Shown: piece by piece, positions 13,668-27,188 of the stretch
How positions within the stretch are numbered: position 1 is the stretch's first letter
Layout of the letters: the number at the start of each line of letters is the position of its first letter
Source of the DNA: Bigelowiella natans CCMP2755
Taxonomy: Eukaryota > Protista > Cercozoa
Direction of reading: 5' to 3'
Assembly (NCBI GenBank): GCA_000320545.1
Contig: ADNK01000910.1
Location: 33,735-97,734, forward strand
DNA length: 64,000 nt
The notes under the pieces: generated by a model
Told to the model about the DNA's origin: nothing
Databases searched by the model: none
What the model saw: only the letters and a program-made list of their open reading frames with translations
Translations under genes and position numbers: made by a program

Positions 13668-15907
13668 CAGGAGCATGCCCGGCGTGCTTGGCGCTGGGAG
13701 GAAGCTGTGGAGTATACAAAGAAGGTGAGCTACCCTGGGTTATCATTTGCTATGGCAATGGACAAAGTGGTCAGAGGAGCTTCTCTTACTTCTGATGACG
13801 GTGGAGGCGGCACCGCTACTGGCACCAAGGCTGATGAAGCGATAACGACATTCTGGAGAATATTCGGCCTGCTTCTGCTTTGGAATGAGGGAGGGGGGTG
13901 GGCAGGTCACCGACTCGTATGCTTCGACAATGGATCAGCTTTGAGATCCCTCATCAGCAGATTGGGAACAGTAGGCCGCAACAGCAGCGAGGAGGAGGAG
14001 CATATAGATGATGATGATGAGGAGGATGGCGATATTGACGGCGAGATACAAAGTATGCGTCGTGGGAAACAGACCTTAGAATCATCCTCCTCCTCGTCAT
14101 CATCATCATCATCATCATCATCAACAACAACAAGAAGAAGAACACCGTCGCTTGAGTACTACGGCGGGTTGTTGATAACTACCGTCCCAATCGAGGAGAA
14201 CGTGCTCTACTATGGCCCAACGCCAACACAGAAAATGGAAGGTGTAAGGCAGGTGCTTTCCCCAGCCCTCGTCTACTCCTCAAGGCCTCATCACCCGGTA
14301 GTGCTGCAGCTGCCACTCACACCGCTATCACCACCACCACCACCCTGTTGTCATCACCGCTCGAACGTTTCTTCTCTCCATAAATTTTGTCCTTTCTTCC
14401 CTTGTATTTGTATTTTTGGGGGGTTGGCGACTCACGTTGGTGGCCATTAGTCGGAGTGATTGTCGGGATCCCCTCCCTCCAAGCTCATAAATTCTAACGA
14501 CCTTGTGAATGAAACTTGGGGAGGATCCCGGAATTAAGCGTTGAGATTGAGCGCTTTGCTGTGCGAAATCCCTGTCAGCTTCTCCTTCTACCCACCCCGC
14601 GCACTGATGATTCCTCTTGCCTACTCGCTTTGCAATGACGCATGCGTGAGGGCAGCTTGCTGATCTGTGTATAACGCGCACAGGTAATTCAGTCCACGCT
14701 CGATCGGTTGTGCTCGCTAATAAACAGTGCGGTTCCCACCTTCTCCTCATCCCTCCCCATCCCCATAATATCTGCTGAGTCCATCTCCGCGATCCTCCTT
14801 CACAAGGCCCTCCTGTTCGCAGAGATGCACATTCCCTACCGCACGCAGTCTTTAGTCGATAGTGGTGGTAGCAGCGGTGAGGGGGGCAACAGTGGTTATC
14901 CTGTCACAATGTTCCTAGAATCCTTTTCACCGTATTTAAGCATTAAAGGCCCTCCAAGAAGCAGCATTAGCAGCAGCAGGAGGAAGGGAAAAACCCCTCC
15001 TCCTTCTCCTCCTCCTCCTCCTCCTCCTCGTCCTCTCTCCCCTTCTTTGACACTGTTTGCTCTAAGTGCTGACCCCGCTGTTGAGCCCTCCCGTAGGTAT
15101 GATTACGCATATACCACCATGCAAAGCAGGAATTATCATCGCCATCATAGGTGGGGGGATGATAGCATCAAAGGAGGTAGTAGCGACGATGGAGGAGAGA
15201 GTACCACAACGCAGACAATGATGGAAATGGTGGTCAATACTGTGGCATCAGCAGCAAGAACGACTACGTCGATAATTAGATCGGGTGAGGAGGAGGAGGA
15301 GGAGGGCGAAGAGAAGTCCCCACTTTCTTTTCCATCGTCGTCGTCATCGCCATCATCGTCAGAACCAACACTGGCGGATGGTGGGAAGGAGACGGTGGAA
15401 AGTCGCATCCTTTTCGCTGTGCGACTGACGCAACCGCAGCAGAAGGAAGTGGTGCAGGAGGAGAAGGAGAGCGGGGCAAAACAAGAGCGGGAACGACGCA
15501 ACAACAACAACAACAACAACGACAACGACAACGTCAACAACATCAAGAAAATCACCGGGAAGCAGCAGCCAACGGCGAACAATGGAGATAGCAAGCCTAT
15601 ATCACACATCAAAAATGAGGGCCGTCGTGGCAGCGGCGCGAGTCTACTTTCTGGTGATCTTCCTCCTCACGAGCATGGCCACTCACTCCTACCGCATCCA
15701 GGCGAAGAAGCGGGTGCTTCTACTATTGCCTCCATTCCTCGGATAATCCATCAATTCGATTTCCACCCCAGCACAAGGCGTGCTCGCCAGCCGATGTACG
15801 CATATATGGAGGTGAGGGCAAGCAAGAGAAAGAGCTGTTGCCGTTGTTGGGGCGGGGTGTAGGAGCGGCAGCAGAGAATTAGCGACAGACGCAATTCCTG
15901 AAATTGT

Positions 15908-15961
<54 letters not shown>

Positions 15962-16242
15962 GGAGGGGGAGAGAGAGGCACGTGGCGGGTAAAGGGAAGG
16001 GTAACTATACAGATCTATCACTGTTGTCCTTCTCTATTTGCGTTCTTGTTGTTGTTGTTGTTGTTGCCGACGACGACGACGACGATGATGATGATGATGG
16101 TGATAATCGCTGCTGCTGCTGCTGTTACGTTTGCACTTAGAACTGGAGGAAACTAAATCCTGAATATGATTACGTGCTATGGCAAGAAGACACCATGATG
16201 GTATCTTCCTCCTCCTCCTCCTCCTCATCATCATCATCATCA

Positions 16243-16275
<33 letters not shown>

Positions 16276-17308
16276 ACTACCACCCTTACTATTACTACTG
16301 CAACTGCATCTTAAATATTCCCCGCACCTCTGTGTCAATATGGAAGACAATTTCAGCTCTACACGCTCGATTTCGTGATCATTGCCTCTGCTTGCGTTGT
16401 GGCTTGCTAGTTCTCGCCATCTTATGCCGTATCGTCGTCGTCATCATGTTTGCAGGAGTACGTGAGCAATCTTGGCGACGAAGAGATCCTCTCCACATAT
16501 AGCAAGCTCGACTTCGTGCAAAAGAGCGACTTCTTTCGCTACCTGATCCTGTTCTACATTGGGGGGGTGGGTTGGAGAGACGAGTAGCAGTATGTGGATG
16601 TGAGAGTTCAGAATTCATGCTTGATCGCGTGCGTCGATGTCCTTCCTGAACGATAGAAGAGAAAGATGTTAGCCCAGAACGGTTGAAGCGTCATGGAAAT
16701 CACTCTTGTCATATAACCCCCCCCCCCCCCTCCCTTCCTTCCTCCCTCCCCCCGAACAGGTATACGCCGATCACGACGCAGAATGTCTCGTTCCAATCCG
16801 CCGTTGGCCGATATCCGGCGGCGCACGGACGAGAATTCTTCTCGGGTTAGAGGCGATAGGCACCAAAGCGCAGCGAGAAGGGCTCCTGTGGGCGCAGAAC
16901 CCGCAATACAGCCAATGGACGATGGCTGCTGCCCCTGGCCATCCGATTCTGTGGGGATGCATTTCGCGCATAACAGCTAAGCTGAAGGCGGTGGATGAGC
17001 AGGACCCCGCTGCGATGAGCCGGAGTGATGGCGGTGATCGCTATCGTTACTATGATGGAGGAGGCTTAAGCAGCCTCGGTGGCAGTGCTGGGAGCGGTGA
17101 TGGAGATGCTGATAGCACGTTCCTACCACAATGGGTGTCGGAAGGCTGTAAGGCTACTGGGCATGCGAGCTGTAGGAAAACCATTTATCTCACTGGGCCG
17201 GTGAGAGAGAGATGATGATGTTTATGAAGAGAAGAATACAGAGTAATGAACGATGCAACGATGACGGTGTGATTGCGCCGATGGTGATGGTGATGGTGAT
17301 GGTTATGG

Positions 17309-17340
<32 letters not shown>

Positions 17341-17890
17341 TGGCAATGAAGAGTGAGATAAGAGCTCTTCGTTTTAATAGTTTTTAGAAGTTGGTGCAGT
17401 AGTTGTGGTAGTAGTTGTTATCGTAGAAATTCTAGAATCTTTTTCTCTGTCACATCTGACAATGGGATGAGAATGGTAACTATGATGATTGGAGACGACG
17501 ACGACGACAATGATAATGATTTCACAATTTATTGGTTCAGGGTCTTTTCAGTGAAACGGTGATAGGATATTTGAAGATGTTCGGAGTTGATCCTGAAGAG
17601 ACAATTGCCGGGCTCTCGATAGGCACGGCACAGATTCTCCCTGTAGATGCTTTCTCATGTGGTCAAGAACATTCAGGTGATGAATGAATTTAACGAATTA
17701 GTGGCACCTCAATATTACAAAAGCATGCAATCCTTTTATTACCATCTTGTGAATAGTGATATGTGTAATATGTCCCTATCATGTTCTCAAATATTTCTTT
17801 TCAGGATCCGATTCCTCTTGCACAAACAAAAATGTCCTCGTAAAACATCATTTTGCGGGAAACTGGAAGACTGCAGGCCCAGAGACATAA
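12676..17890 (+). CDS. GT32 (OCH1-like, DxD) glycosyltransferase with a long low-complexity N-terminal region; 5' end uncertain (may extend to ~11.8-12.3 kb)
   Basis: Exons encode IPRIIHQ (~15735), NWRKLNPEYDYVLW, KSDFFRYLILFYIGG|VYADHD (DxD), QYSQWTMAAAPGHPIL, IYLTGP|GLFS, ILPVDAFSCGQEHSG and LVKHHFAGNWK..* (TAA at 17888-17890). These are classic OCH1/SUR1-type motifs. Linkage of the upstream exons at 12.7-15.7 kb is less certain. Confidence 0.8.
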
Positions 17891-18786
17891 TAATCAATTC
17901 ATTGCAACTACACCAGCCATCGTCTGTTCTTCGCTCATGTGATTTGCAGTCTCCAAATGTCTACACTATTACAAAAACCTTTTCCACTGAAATTCTCTTA
18001 TGTCTAAATGTGTCTGGATGCTTGTACCGTCTAGCTAGCTAGACTGTCTATATGCAGGGCGAATTTGTTGAATTCGTTAAAAATAAGTGTGATCTGATAA
18101 ACAATGCTGAATGGCAAACATTGAAAGTATTTTAAAAGCATTTGCGCATGCACAGCAACAACGACATGAAACGCTATGTTAATTTGAAAAGCAGAAATCT
18201 CTAGCTCTAGGGATTCCCGACTAAGCACAGCCTAGATATGTGCGTCGGCAATTAGTTGCCTAGATCTAGTAGATGTCTAGACGTGTCTTAAATCTCGCAA
18301 ATCAGGTAGCCATTTACAAAAATTGAATCAAAATTTTTGCTATGTCTCGATGTGCCAAGCTAGCTAGATGAGCTGTGTGTGATCGAACTTGTCAAAGTGT
18401 CACAGATGTTAATCACGTCATTCGATCAATCAATCTTGCTAGCTTGGCCTATATTTGCTTCATTTGCGTCTAGCGCGAGCAAACATGATTTTTTTCCTGC
18501 GGCAGATTGGTGTTCAGCATTGCTGCTATCTAGCTATTCACATGATGACTACATTGAACATTCGTAATCGACACATCTAGACATGTGGTATATGCATATG
18601 TATATTTCTTTTGCAACATGCACGAAACTCTAAAGTGGAACGAGTTATGTATTTCAGCTGAGGTGGTGATTCAAATAATATCACATCATGGCGAGTATTG
18701 TAGCTAATCAAATTTTCAACGTAACATAAAAGGTATTCATAGAGTGAAGCTTTGTGTAAAGGTGAATAACCCTATTAGCCTATTTA

Positions 18787-21700
18787 TTAGTCGCCTTGTT
18801 GATTGAAATAATATTCAACTAAAATTCCAGTGACTGCGCCTAGAACAAATATTAAATTTTTGAAGAAAACATAGTTGGAAATGTTATAATGATGCTTCGT
18901 GCAAGACAAATGACCTCTATACGGTAGTGATTTTAAGAAATGCTAGGAATACCTAGTGATAAAGTTGCTGTTGTTGTGTATAACTCTTTAGAAGCTTGGA
19001 CACCTAATATTTTCACGGCTAGCACAACCAGAGCATTTGCAATGTTTTTATTACCCTCAGACTTATGAACTATGAAGCATAATTACAAAAGCAGGTGAAT
19101 AGATACATGCACCCTATATGTTTTACGTTCGAGTTGAGAGTCAAGATCTAGCAAAGTGGTTACGGCTTCCATCAAAGAGTCTGCACCCTGCAATAGAATA
19201 GATGTGTGAGGCGTTGAATGCGTAATAGTGGCATAATGGGACCTGTAAGCGCTTGTCAATAATCTGTTTCTTTTTTGAATGATATTGATGCTTGTATTTC
19301 TTCGATCGAAGTAGTCTCAGCTTTAACTGAATTCTTGCTAAGGAACGAGCCTGAAGAGCAAATTGTTCATTTGTTGCTGACCCATACCATATTGACCTTC
19401 CAAGGACATAGCCTGCGGAAAATATATGGTACATTTCGAACTAAGGGTTCATTGCAAGAAGGTTAGAATTAATCCTACCAATAGAAACCAAAAACCCTGC
19501 AACCGTTGCCACAGTCACGGCACTGAATTCCCCTTCAAGGAGTAAACCTGGCAGAACCGATTTCGAAACAAAATTGAACGTTACTCGGAAGTTGAATAAA
19601 AATTTCCTCCGTACCAATAAGAACGTAAAGAACAAGCCCTAAGAGGAAGATCGTCACATACGATGTGTATATCGTAATCCTTGTCTTGAACTGCGACCTT
19701 CATTATATTCACGGGAGGAAAAAGTGTGTAATATCCTCTTTCAATTTACCCTACGGCTATTCTACCCGAGATTCAGAAGTAGCCTCCGGAATTCTATCCA
19801 AGCAATAACATTCTGCCATCAAAGTGGTTATAATCTGAATATGAGCCAGAATTGTTTTGAAGACCTGTGGCCAGGCCATATCAACGAAGATATCGAGAGG
19901 GCAACGATCGATATACAGAGGGGTGTCATTGTCTATCAGTGCTGATTGAGGACTTTATTTAAGAATTTTCTCCCTCAAGATGTATATAATCAATCTAAGA
20001 TCTTAATGTACCTCCCGCAGCCTGGATCACATTTGCCCGTCTCTGATAATCAATTCTGCCAACATCGATGAAGACAAGCGCCGTATCGAAGTAGAAGGCG
20101 GTTAACATCCATCCACATAAGAGCTAATTAAAGTCGCCAAAGTACACATATTGTGAAATTTTTATTCACAGACTAAGAATGAACCTGAAATGACCTGCAC
20201 AATAGTACTGGAGGTCCGAGAGCCAAAATCTGTATCTGTTGCAGCGCCGACTACTATTGGAATTGCCGCTGCATTCGCCCCAAATAAGTCATGCACAGTC
20301 GAAAGCAAAGTGAACAAATATTCTAAACCTTGCAATAAGGCCAGAGAGTGGATAATATTTCGATTGAGTCCTTTATTGGTCCCTTTCAGAGAATACACGA
20401 CCTACATGTACATTGATGATGAAATTAAGGCTTTCGGAGAACAAGAAATACCTTACCAGCCGATTAGCAATTGGTAGTACAGGAACTTTGACCATTCCAC
20501 AACATTCACCGCGCACAATAGTCTTCCCGTACTTTCAATGATTTATAAGTCACGAATATATTCGTTAGCAGTCAGATTCCATAAGGGTTACCTGGAGGTT
20601 GTGATTATCCTGTGTCTCCTTCATGTTATGAGCTGGTTGCTGTTGCACTTCCCTCATCAGATAAGGACTAAGCGAGGTATTTTCATTCCTGTTACGTTTG
20701 CTAGTGCTTGGCGTAGGAAGTGATAGGCTCTTTTTTTCTTCTTTCTCCATATCGTTTCCATCTGGTTATAATTTGTTCAGAGTCACATAACTAGCACATA
20801 TTCCAAGTAGTGAGGAGATACCGAGGTCCAAATTTCTATAAAAATCCAATATTTCTTTCATGAGGTCACAATGTACATTTGCGATGCCCTAAGTTAGTCG
20901 TGGTTCGTCAGGGTGAAAGTAATGGTGGGAAAGCGTAGAATTAAGATAACCTCTTCGTATACGTCTTTGTGCAAGTGGAAGCAAAGGTCGTCAATTTCAA
21001 TACCTTGTAAGTAATTCCTTAGCTCAATATTGAAATCCTTGATCTGAATTAGTCAACCCTCTTTGTCGGCTGTGTATCGAAGCTGACTATGAGTCTGTTC
21101 AATATCCAGCTGGAATATTTTGGATATGAATAAAGAATAATTAGAAAAAATCAATAAATAATCAATTTTTATTGTTTGTAGTACGTATCTCCAGCTTCTT
21201 AATTCAATCGAAGAAAATGTTTCTCGAGAAACCTTTCACGTAATTAAATGTACCGGAACTTTATGTGGAGATCGGTTGTTTCAATTTCCAAATGCTTTAC
21301 CGTAGTTTTGCTCAACCACTGAAGGGTTGCATCATCTAAAATGGCATACTTTGTCGCAACCTTCAATATATGAGGAGAATCTTCTTAATGTTCCCAGCTA
21401 GGTTAGTAAATAAGAATATTGTCGTACCATGAGTTTATGTGTGAAGTACAAGCAAACGGGTATAATGAAAAATAATGGCTCAGGTGGATCTGGGTCGGTG
21501 GCATAAAGTCCAATCAAAATCCTAGATATTCGAACATCGCAGGGTTCAACATATTGACACAGAAAGTAACTGCAACTATGTGCTAACCATACTGCAGTTG
21601 CTGCAAAAAGCTGAATGAGGAAGGTCTGTGGAAAAGAAAATTATTTATGATGGATATACAACCAAAGAGAGAATAGTTAAGCATTTGTAATCAGTAAAGT

Positions 21701-22499
21701 AAGCAATACATCATGTTAACTCACCCCCACATTGAGGCGATTATCAAATCTTGGAATAAAGCAGAGGTTCTTCAACATATTTTCCCCATCAACAAGATAG
21801 GCAACGGGGATTGTTGCAGGGAACAAAGCATGGTAAAAGAAGAATCGCAAAAAGACAGATGTAGAGAACGTTTCAATCCCTTCGCTCACTTTGATATTCC
21901 TTATCGTGCTCCCTAATTACAAATGTTGTGATGGCCCACTACATCCTCGGACGATTCAATAGAAATTACTCATGGAATCCACATGGGATGGTTTGTGCGA
22001 GGCTGCCCTTGATGATCTCCTCGATCTCTCCTCATATAATCCTGGTTCATCCCCCGGCTCATCTTCAGCATCAGGAGACTCCTCCACGAGAGCCTGCATC
22101 TTTTGATTTTCGTCATCGATGTTTTCCCTTGTCTGCTGAATCACTAACTGTCCATTCGAACAGCCATTGCAAAATGAAAATATGACAAACATTCAATTTA
22201 GTGAATCTGTTTCGAAGACATGATCGTGTTTTCTGATTTCAACGTGATTCTTTTACTCATACTCTTGTGTTTCCTCGACTTCTTGTTTGTACGGTTGCTT
22301 TAGAATTGGCAGGAGACTTCACATCCCCGCTGCTGTGCACATAAGTCTAAGATCAAAGCGCAAAAACGGTTTCAATTTTCTTCTACCGCGAATTTCTGTG
22401 AGGGCGAAAGTGCCGTTGAGGATTATGAAGAACTTCAATCGTTGATTCGCTCTGGTCATCAGCTCCCTTTCTAGAACCACCGGGCATCGCGGTCTCCAT
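18787..22499 (-). CDS. Uncharacterised multi-pass transmembrane protein (multi-exon, short introns)
   Basis: Spliceable exons: METAMPGG.., FLRFFFYHALFPATIPVAYL, IIPVCLYFTHKLM|VATKYA, FIDVGRIDYQRR, NVIAWIEFRRLLLNLG, IWYGSATNEQF, PVKILGVQAS and GAVTGILVEYYFNQQGD*. Several hydrophobic helices; no family confidently named. Confidence 0.65.
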
Positions 22500-22680
22500 T
22501 CAATTTTGTCCCAAAGTCATTGCTCACGATCGCCTTGATCTTGGTGCTGCGACATGATTTGGCACCCGATCACTCATTTTGTGGAAGACACCACGTGATT
22601 GATGAGCAAAACACGTAAAACTGCATGCGTTTCCAGGCCGTTTTCGATCTGTTGTTGTCATTTAGGTAGCGATTTAGCGC

Positions 22681-23640
22681 GTGCGACAAGCACAACAACT
22701 GGTTCACCAATCGTTCGGCGCGTGGCGGCAATCAAAAGAGAGACAATCAATGGACCAATCACTTGATGGGATGTGGAAATGAACGCGCACCAATGAACAC
22801 GAATCCATCAATTGATCAACACTACTAGCTAGCTAGACTCATTGGGGGCGTCCAGCTAGCCAGCACAACAAACATCGAAGTGAAAGCAAACCAACCAACC
22901 ACTCACTCACATCACACCTGTCAACTCGAGTTCACAGCCACGTGGTTTCTGCTGCGCACTTGTTGAGTGCGAGCAGGCACATTGCTTTGCTAGTTTGGTC
23001 ATTGGCCAGTGCCAGAGTGTTCACTTCCAGACGTGCAAACCAGCAAATCCAGAAATCACGATGTTGGCGACGAAGTTGAACAGGCCAGCACGTGCCGATT
23101 CGTGAAGTTTCGTGCTGTTTCACTGATCGGTCACCTCTGGAGAGCTGACCACTCTAGCACTCCCCCTCTTTCCAACAGACCCGTCCTAGCATGCACCATT
23201 GGACTGGACTAGCAGACACAATACAACTTTCAGACTGCCAGTGCTGGCAGTGGAACACACCAGCACGTCTAGCTAGCTAGACATGCATCCGATCTCCAGA
23301 TCTAGACACGCTAGCACGTGGACTGCTCAGTGCTTCAGGTGCACCAGTGCATTCCAGCAATGCTCACGCGCGCCCATCTCTAGACCTAGCCTTGATCAGC
23401 AAGCTAGCAAGCATCAATCATTGTGTGTGCATCCATGGATTCATCGACTTTGTGGTTCTTCATGGCTAGTTGGCACCCATGTGCCCACAAGCAATTCTCA
23501 GGTCCAATTTTCAAGGAAGCGGCAACAGGCGTGTCCCATGTCTTGATGTCGATGGTAGTTTCAACATGAATGAAACGTTCATGAGTTCATGACCACAAAT
23601 TCCTGCACTTGATTTGTCAATCATTTTGCAAGACGAGATC
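22681..23640. other. TpA-depleted, CTAG-retaining intergenic island
   Basis: Manual count: 20 TA dinucleotides in 960 bp, 17 of them in CTAG. The other three are CTAC, ATAC and GTAG. CA and TG are abundant. Confidence 0.85.
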
Positions 23641-23871
23641 ACTGAATTTGATGTTTTTTTTAACATTTCATCTCTTGCCGACTCACCATCATCAAAAGCA
23701 TCAAGTGATAAAATATTTCAAAAGATTACATGTTTGCATCAAACTCAATTCACGCAAATATATCTTTAAGTGATCGACGTTTCTTTGAGTCATCATTCTC
23801 TCAATGATAAGGTCAAAATTTATATTTTTGTTTTGTTTTTCATTGTTCATTTTTGCAGTTCTTCCAGCATT

Positions 23872-26800
23872 TCAAGGAGAAATTGCTCTGATTGTGGCAT
23901 TTCGAGTTCCACTGAAAGAGGTTCTTTTCTCAACACGAGTGCTCTTTCGGAAGAGATCAAGTTTTTTGGTTGATGCAACAGAATGGCTTCTCTTCTCAAC
24001 TTTGACATCATCACGTCCAATCGCACCTGGATGTCGAAACTCAGCAACAAATCGTAGGTATTGTGCCAGAGCACTAGCCTCTGTGCGGACAGGAGCTGGC
24101 ATCCTAACTTCCCACCCTTGCCAGGGTTGCAAAAGAGATTTTTTCCTTTGTGATTCACAGGAGTCTCTTTTCATTCTTCTTTCAAAACCCAAATTACCAT
24201 TTTTCTTGGACACCGGGAAAATCTTTCTAAATGGGAGACCAAGGCGCCAAAATGGTACGAATCTCTCTGAAGATTGTCCATCCCTTTCAGATTTATCGAG
24301 GATTTCGTGATCTGGCATGAAAGCACGTTGCTTCCCACTTGTGCACCCATTCTGATTCCACCTTGCAGCTGGAGTAGGAGGTGGTGGTGGGGGTGGTGGC
24401 AGAACAAAACACAGTGTATTTTGCCCTTTCGGTGTTGGGGGAGGGGGGGGTGGGGATGTAATTCTTCGTGTGCAGACTGCTCTTCCCATTTGGTACACAT
24501 GAAGTTGAAGGCCAGTTTGCTTTCTTGAACTTACAAATGAGCTTTCCAGGTTGTGCATGGTAAGAGCTTGATTGATTTGCAAGTTTTTAATCTCATCTTG
24601 TGCATAGCATGGGGACAAGAAGGTATTTTTTACCGATTTTCTTACTTCCTTCGAATGTGTAGGCGGTAATGAAGGTTTTGCGCCTAAGGATGTTGCAGGC
24701 ATACTTGGAATAGGCACCTGTGATTGCCAGAAATTCTCCATGGTCATGGCAGGAATCATGATAGGCTGAGAAGATGATCTTTGCCGCCTCACACGAAGAC
24801 CAGGATCTGATTTGTCCTGTTTCCTTCTAGAACATCTCTCTGCAAATTGGGGAGACAATGCTCTAAAGTCTGGCGAGCAACTTGGGCTTGGGATACGCAT
24901 GTGGTTGTGATTACCGACTATGCTTACACTCCTCTGAACAGATTTGTTAGGCGACACCTCATTAGATGGGATGGGTCTTTCAAAATGTGAGTGAGCACTC
25001 AATTCTGAAGGTGCTCTAAATAATTTGGATGATGGGTCTTTATTTTGTGCTGCGTACGCTTTTCTTGGCGGAGGTGGGGGAGGAATTCTTCTAAAACGTA
25101 AAAGATTCCTTTTTTGGATGAGCTCTCCAGTTATACTAGCATCGGTGACCCCCTTTGTATGGTTTGATATCACGGATACCAATCTGGGGGATGTAATCAC
25201 TTGACACACGAATCTCTGTATATGAGTAATGGTCTAGCAGTTCATTTTGAAAAAGGAGTGTTAAATATATAATCCGACATTATACATGTATTTGATGTAC
25301 CGGAACAGCCCAATTGTTGAGGTAAATGAAGTTTCTCTCCTTTTTCCTATCAAAGGGAACACCTGGGAAAAAATATTAATCTAGACCCAACTTTCTGTCT
25401 CAGACCTTGTCTTACCATTTGCAACTTTTTGAATAACTTTGCTAAGCAATATGAGATTCCTGTTTGTTTAGTTTAAGCTTATGGACAGAATAGGTGTGCA
25501 GTGCACAATAATCTTCCAAACCTTCTCGGTCGAACCGGTGCAGACTTAGCCTAGGTCGAAATTATTAATGTTAAAGTACGATACTACTTCATCGTTATTA
25601 CTAGTAGTTAACCTTTTCTATAAGGAAGGGACATACAATTCTGCAAAATATGAACGAAGATATGAAGGAGAGGCTTGAAGTCTGATGTTTTACAAAATAG
25701 AAATTCTCAAGTTTTATAAGTATATGCATCTAAAAGCACTCGCCTCAGGAACTCGAGCTTTTATAATTCCATGGTACAACATTTTTATCCATTGAATAAG
25801 GTCTGCTGACATCTGAGAATCTGGTATAACAGCGTAGGTTAGGATGGCTATTGGTCATTGGTTATGTAAACATATTTAAACCTATAATGGCAAAAACAAA
25901 GCGCTGGGCCCATTTCTGTAGCGACATAGAGTTCCTTTTCACCACTGCTTTGACATTCTGGGATAACATATCGAATAATCGGGAGTATATAACATATACG
26001 ATATCGTATAAATTACAGCAATGGCATCTGATCGCATCCGAATTCTTTCTGGTACGACTTCGAAATCAACCTTTTCAAACAATCACATCACGTAAGCCTC
26101 TATGCATCCATACATAAATCCACCAGTGAAAACTTACAGTGGAGTTCAAAAGATCCTGACTTAACGGCGACATTGCGCAAAAAAATGCAGCAGATGAATC
26201 TTTTCCGATGTTTACGATTAATTTATTTACCACTGTATTGTCCCTGTTTATTTTTGGAATTTAACCATAAATCAACATGTGTCGTTCTACATTAAACCTG
26301 AGGAGTGTTGTAGGATCTGAGGTGCGTATGGCACATTCAAGCCATAGGATATATCGCAAAAGATTGGTAGTTGCATTGGCGTAATCAAATATTTTACAGA
26401 TTGCTTTAATTATGGGATCCTTGTTAAGAGAATATCATGGACAAATCATTAATTCAACGAATCAAATTGTATCTATCTGAATAGATTGGGAGGCACACAG
26501 ACCGGTACAAGAGCTCCCTCCTTTGAGCACACCATGATAACAGTTCTCAGGCTTTGCTCTTCAAATGTCATAGATTCGACTATTTTCTGTGCCCATTGAA
26601 GCTTCACCATCACATGTACTCGAAACCGATGCCTGTATCCATTACAAAGATGAGCTCCACCAGCTCATGCTGGATGATCTTCTCACCTCGATCACGAACA
26701 AAAGCCTTTGCGAAGCATTTAGGAAGATGTGGCACCAAGTTCAAAATAGTTCTACTAATACTAAAAATGGCATTAATTTCTCACATGCGACGTCATCTTC

Positions 26801-27090
26801 TCCTTGTCACAGAGAAAAGAATCCCGTCGTTTTAAGGTCAATTAAATGTAGGCAGTTTATCTCGGAAGTCTTACCTGGATCCAAAAAACGAATCCCGAGT
26901 ATGGGAAGATCCATTCGGGGGATGTAAGATGTCGTTTGTCTGATTTGCTGGCGTATTTTCATTAAGTAAACTATGAAGGAAACGGCAAGCTGAAAGGCGG
27001 TTGCGACATTACTTAATCAATACAATATAACCTTTTGGGCTCAACAGTCGGATCTGAACTGATTTGTCTTAACCCAAGTCTGTCAGCGAG
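23872..27090 (-). CDS. RasGAP-domain protein with a long Pro/Ser-rich C-terminal tail (5' end approximate)
   Basis: Exons encode VDFEVVPERI, SFISSFIFCRI (FLR-motif equivalent), RNLILLSKVIQKVANG and VPFDRKKERNFIYLNNW, matching the RasGAP 'R.L.LiaK.lQ.lAN...f..KE..M..lN' signature. Terminal ~1.3 kb exon (23872-25209 ORF) has poly-Pro tracts. Confidence 0.7.
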
Positions 27091-27188
27091 AAATGGTGAA
27101 CATGAATTTCTGATCAGAATGTGGCCATAGCAGTGAAAATTATGACTAACAATTGTATTCTGAGAGCCAACATTGAATCAATTAGGCG

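Noticed and set aside
1379-17400. Numerous short ORFs rich in poly-H/I/Y/V/C/M
   Set aside because: These are translations of intronic microsatellites.
19275-19640. Plus-strand exon-like ORFs (ALTEFLLRNE.., ETKNPATV..)
   Set aside because: They are antisense to coherent exons of the minus-strand transmembrane gene.
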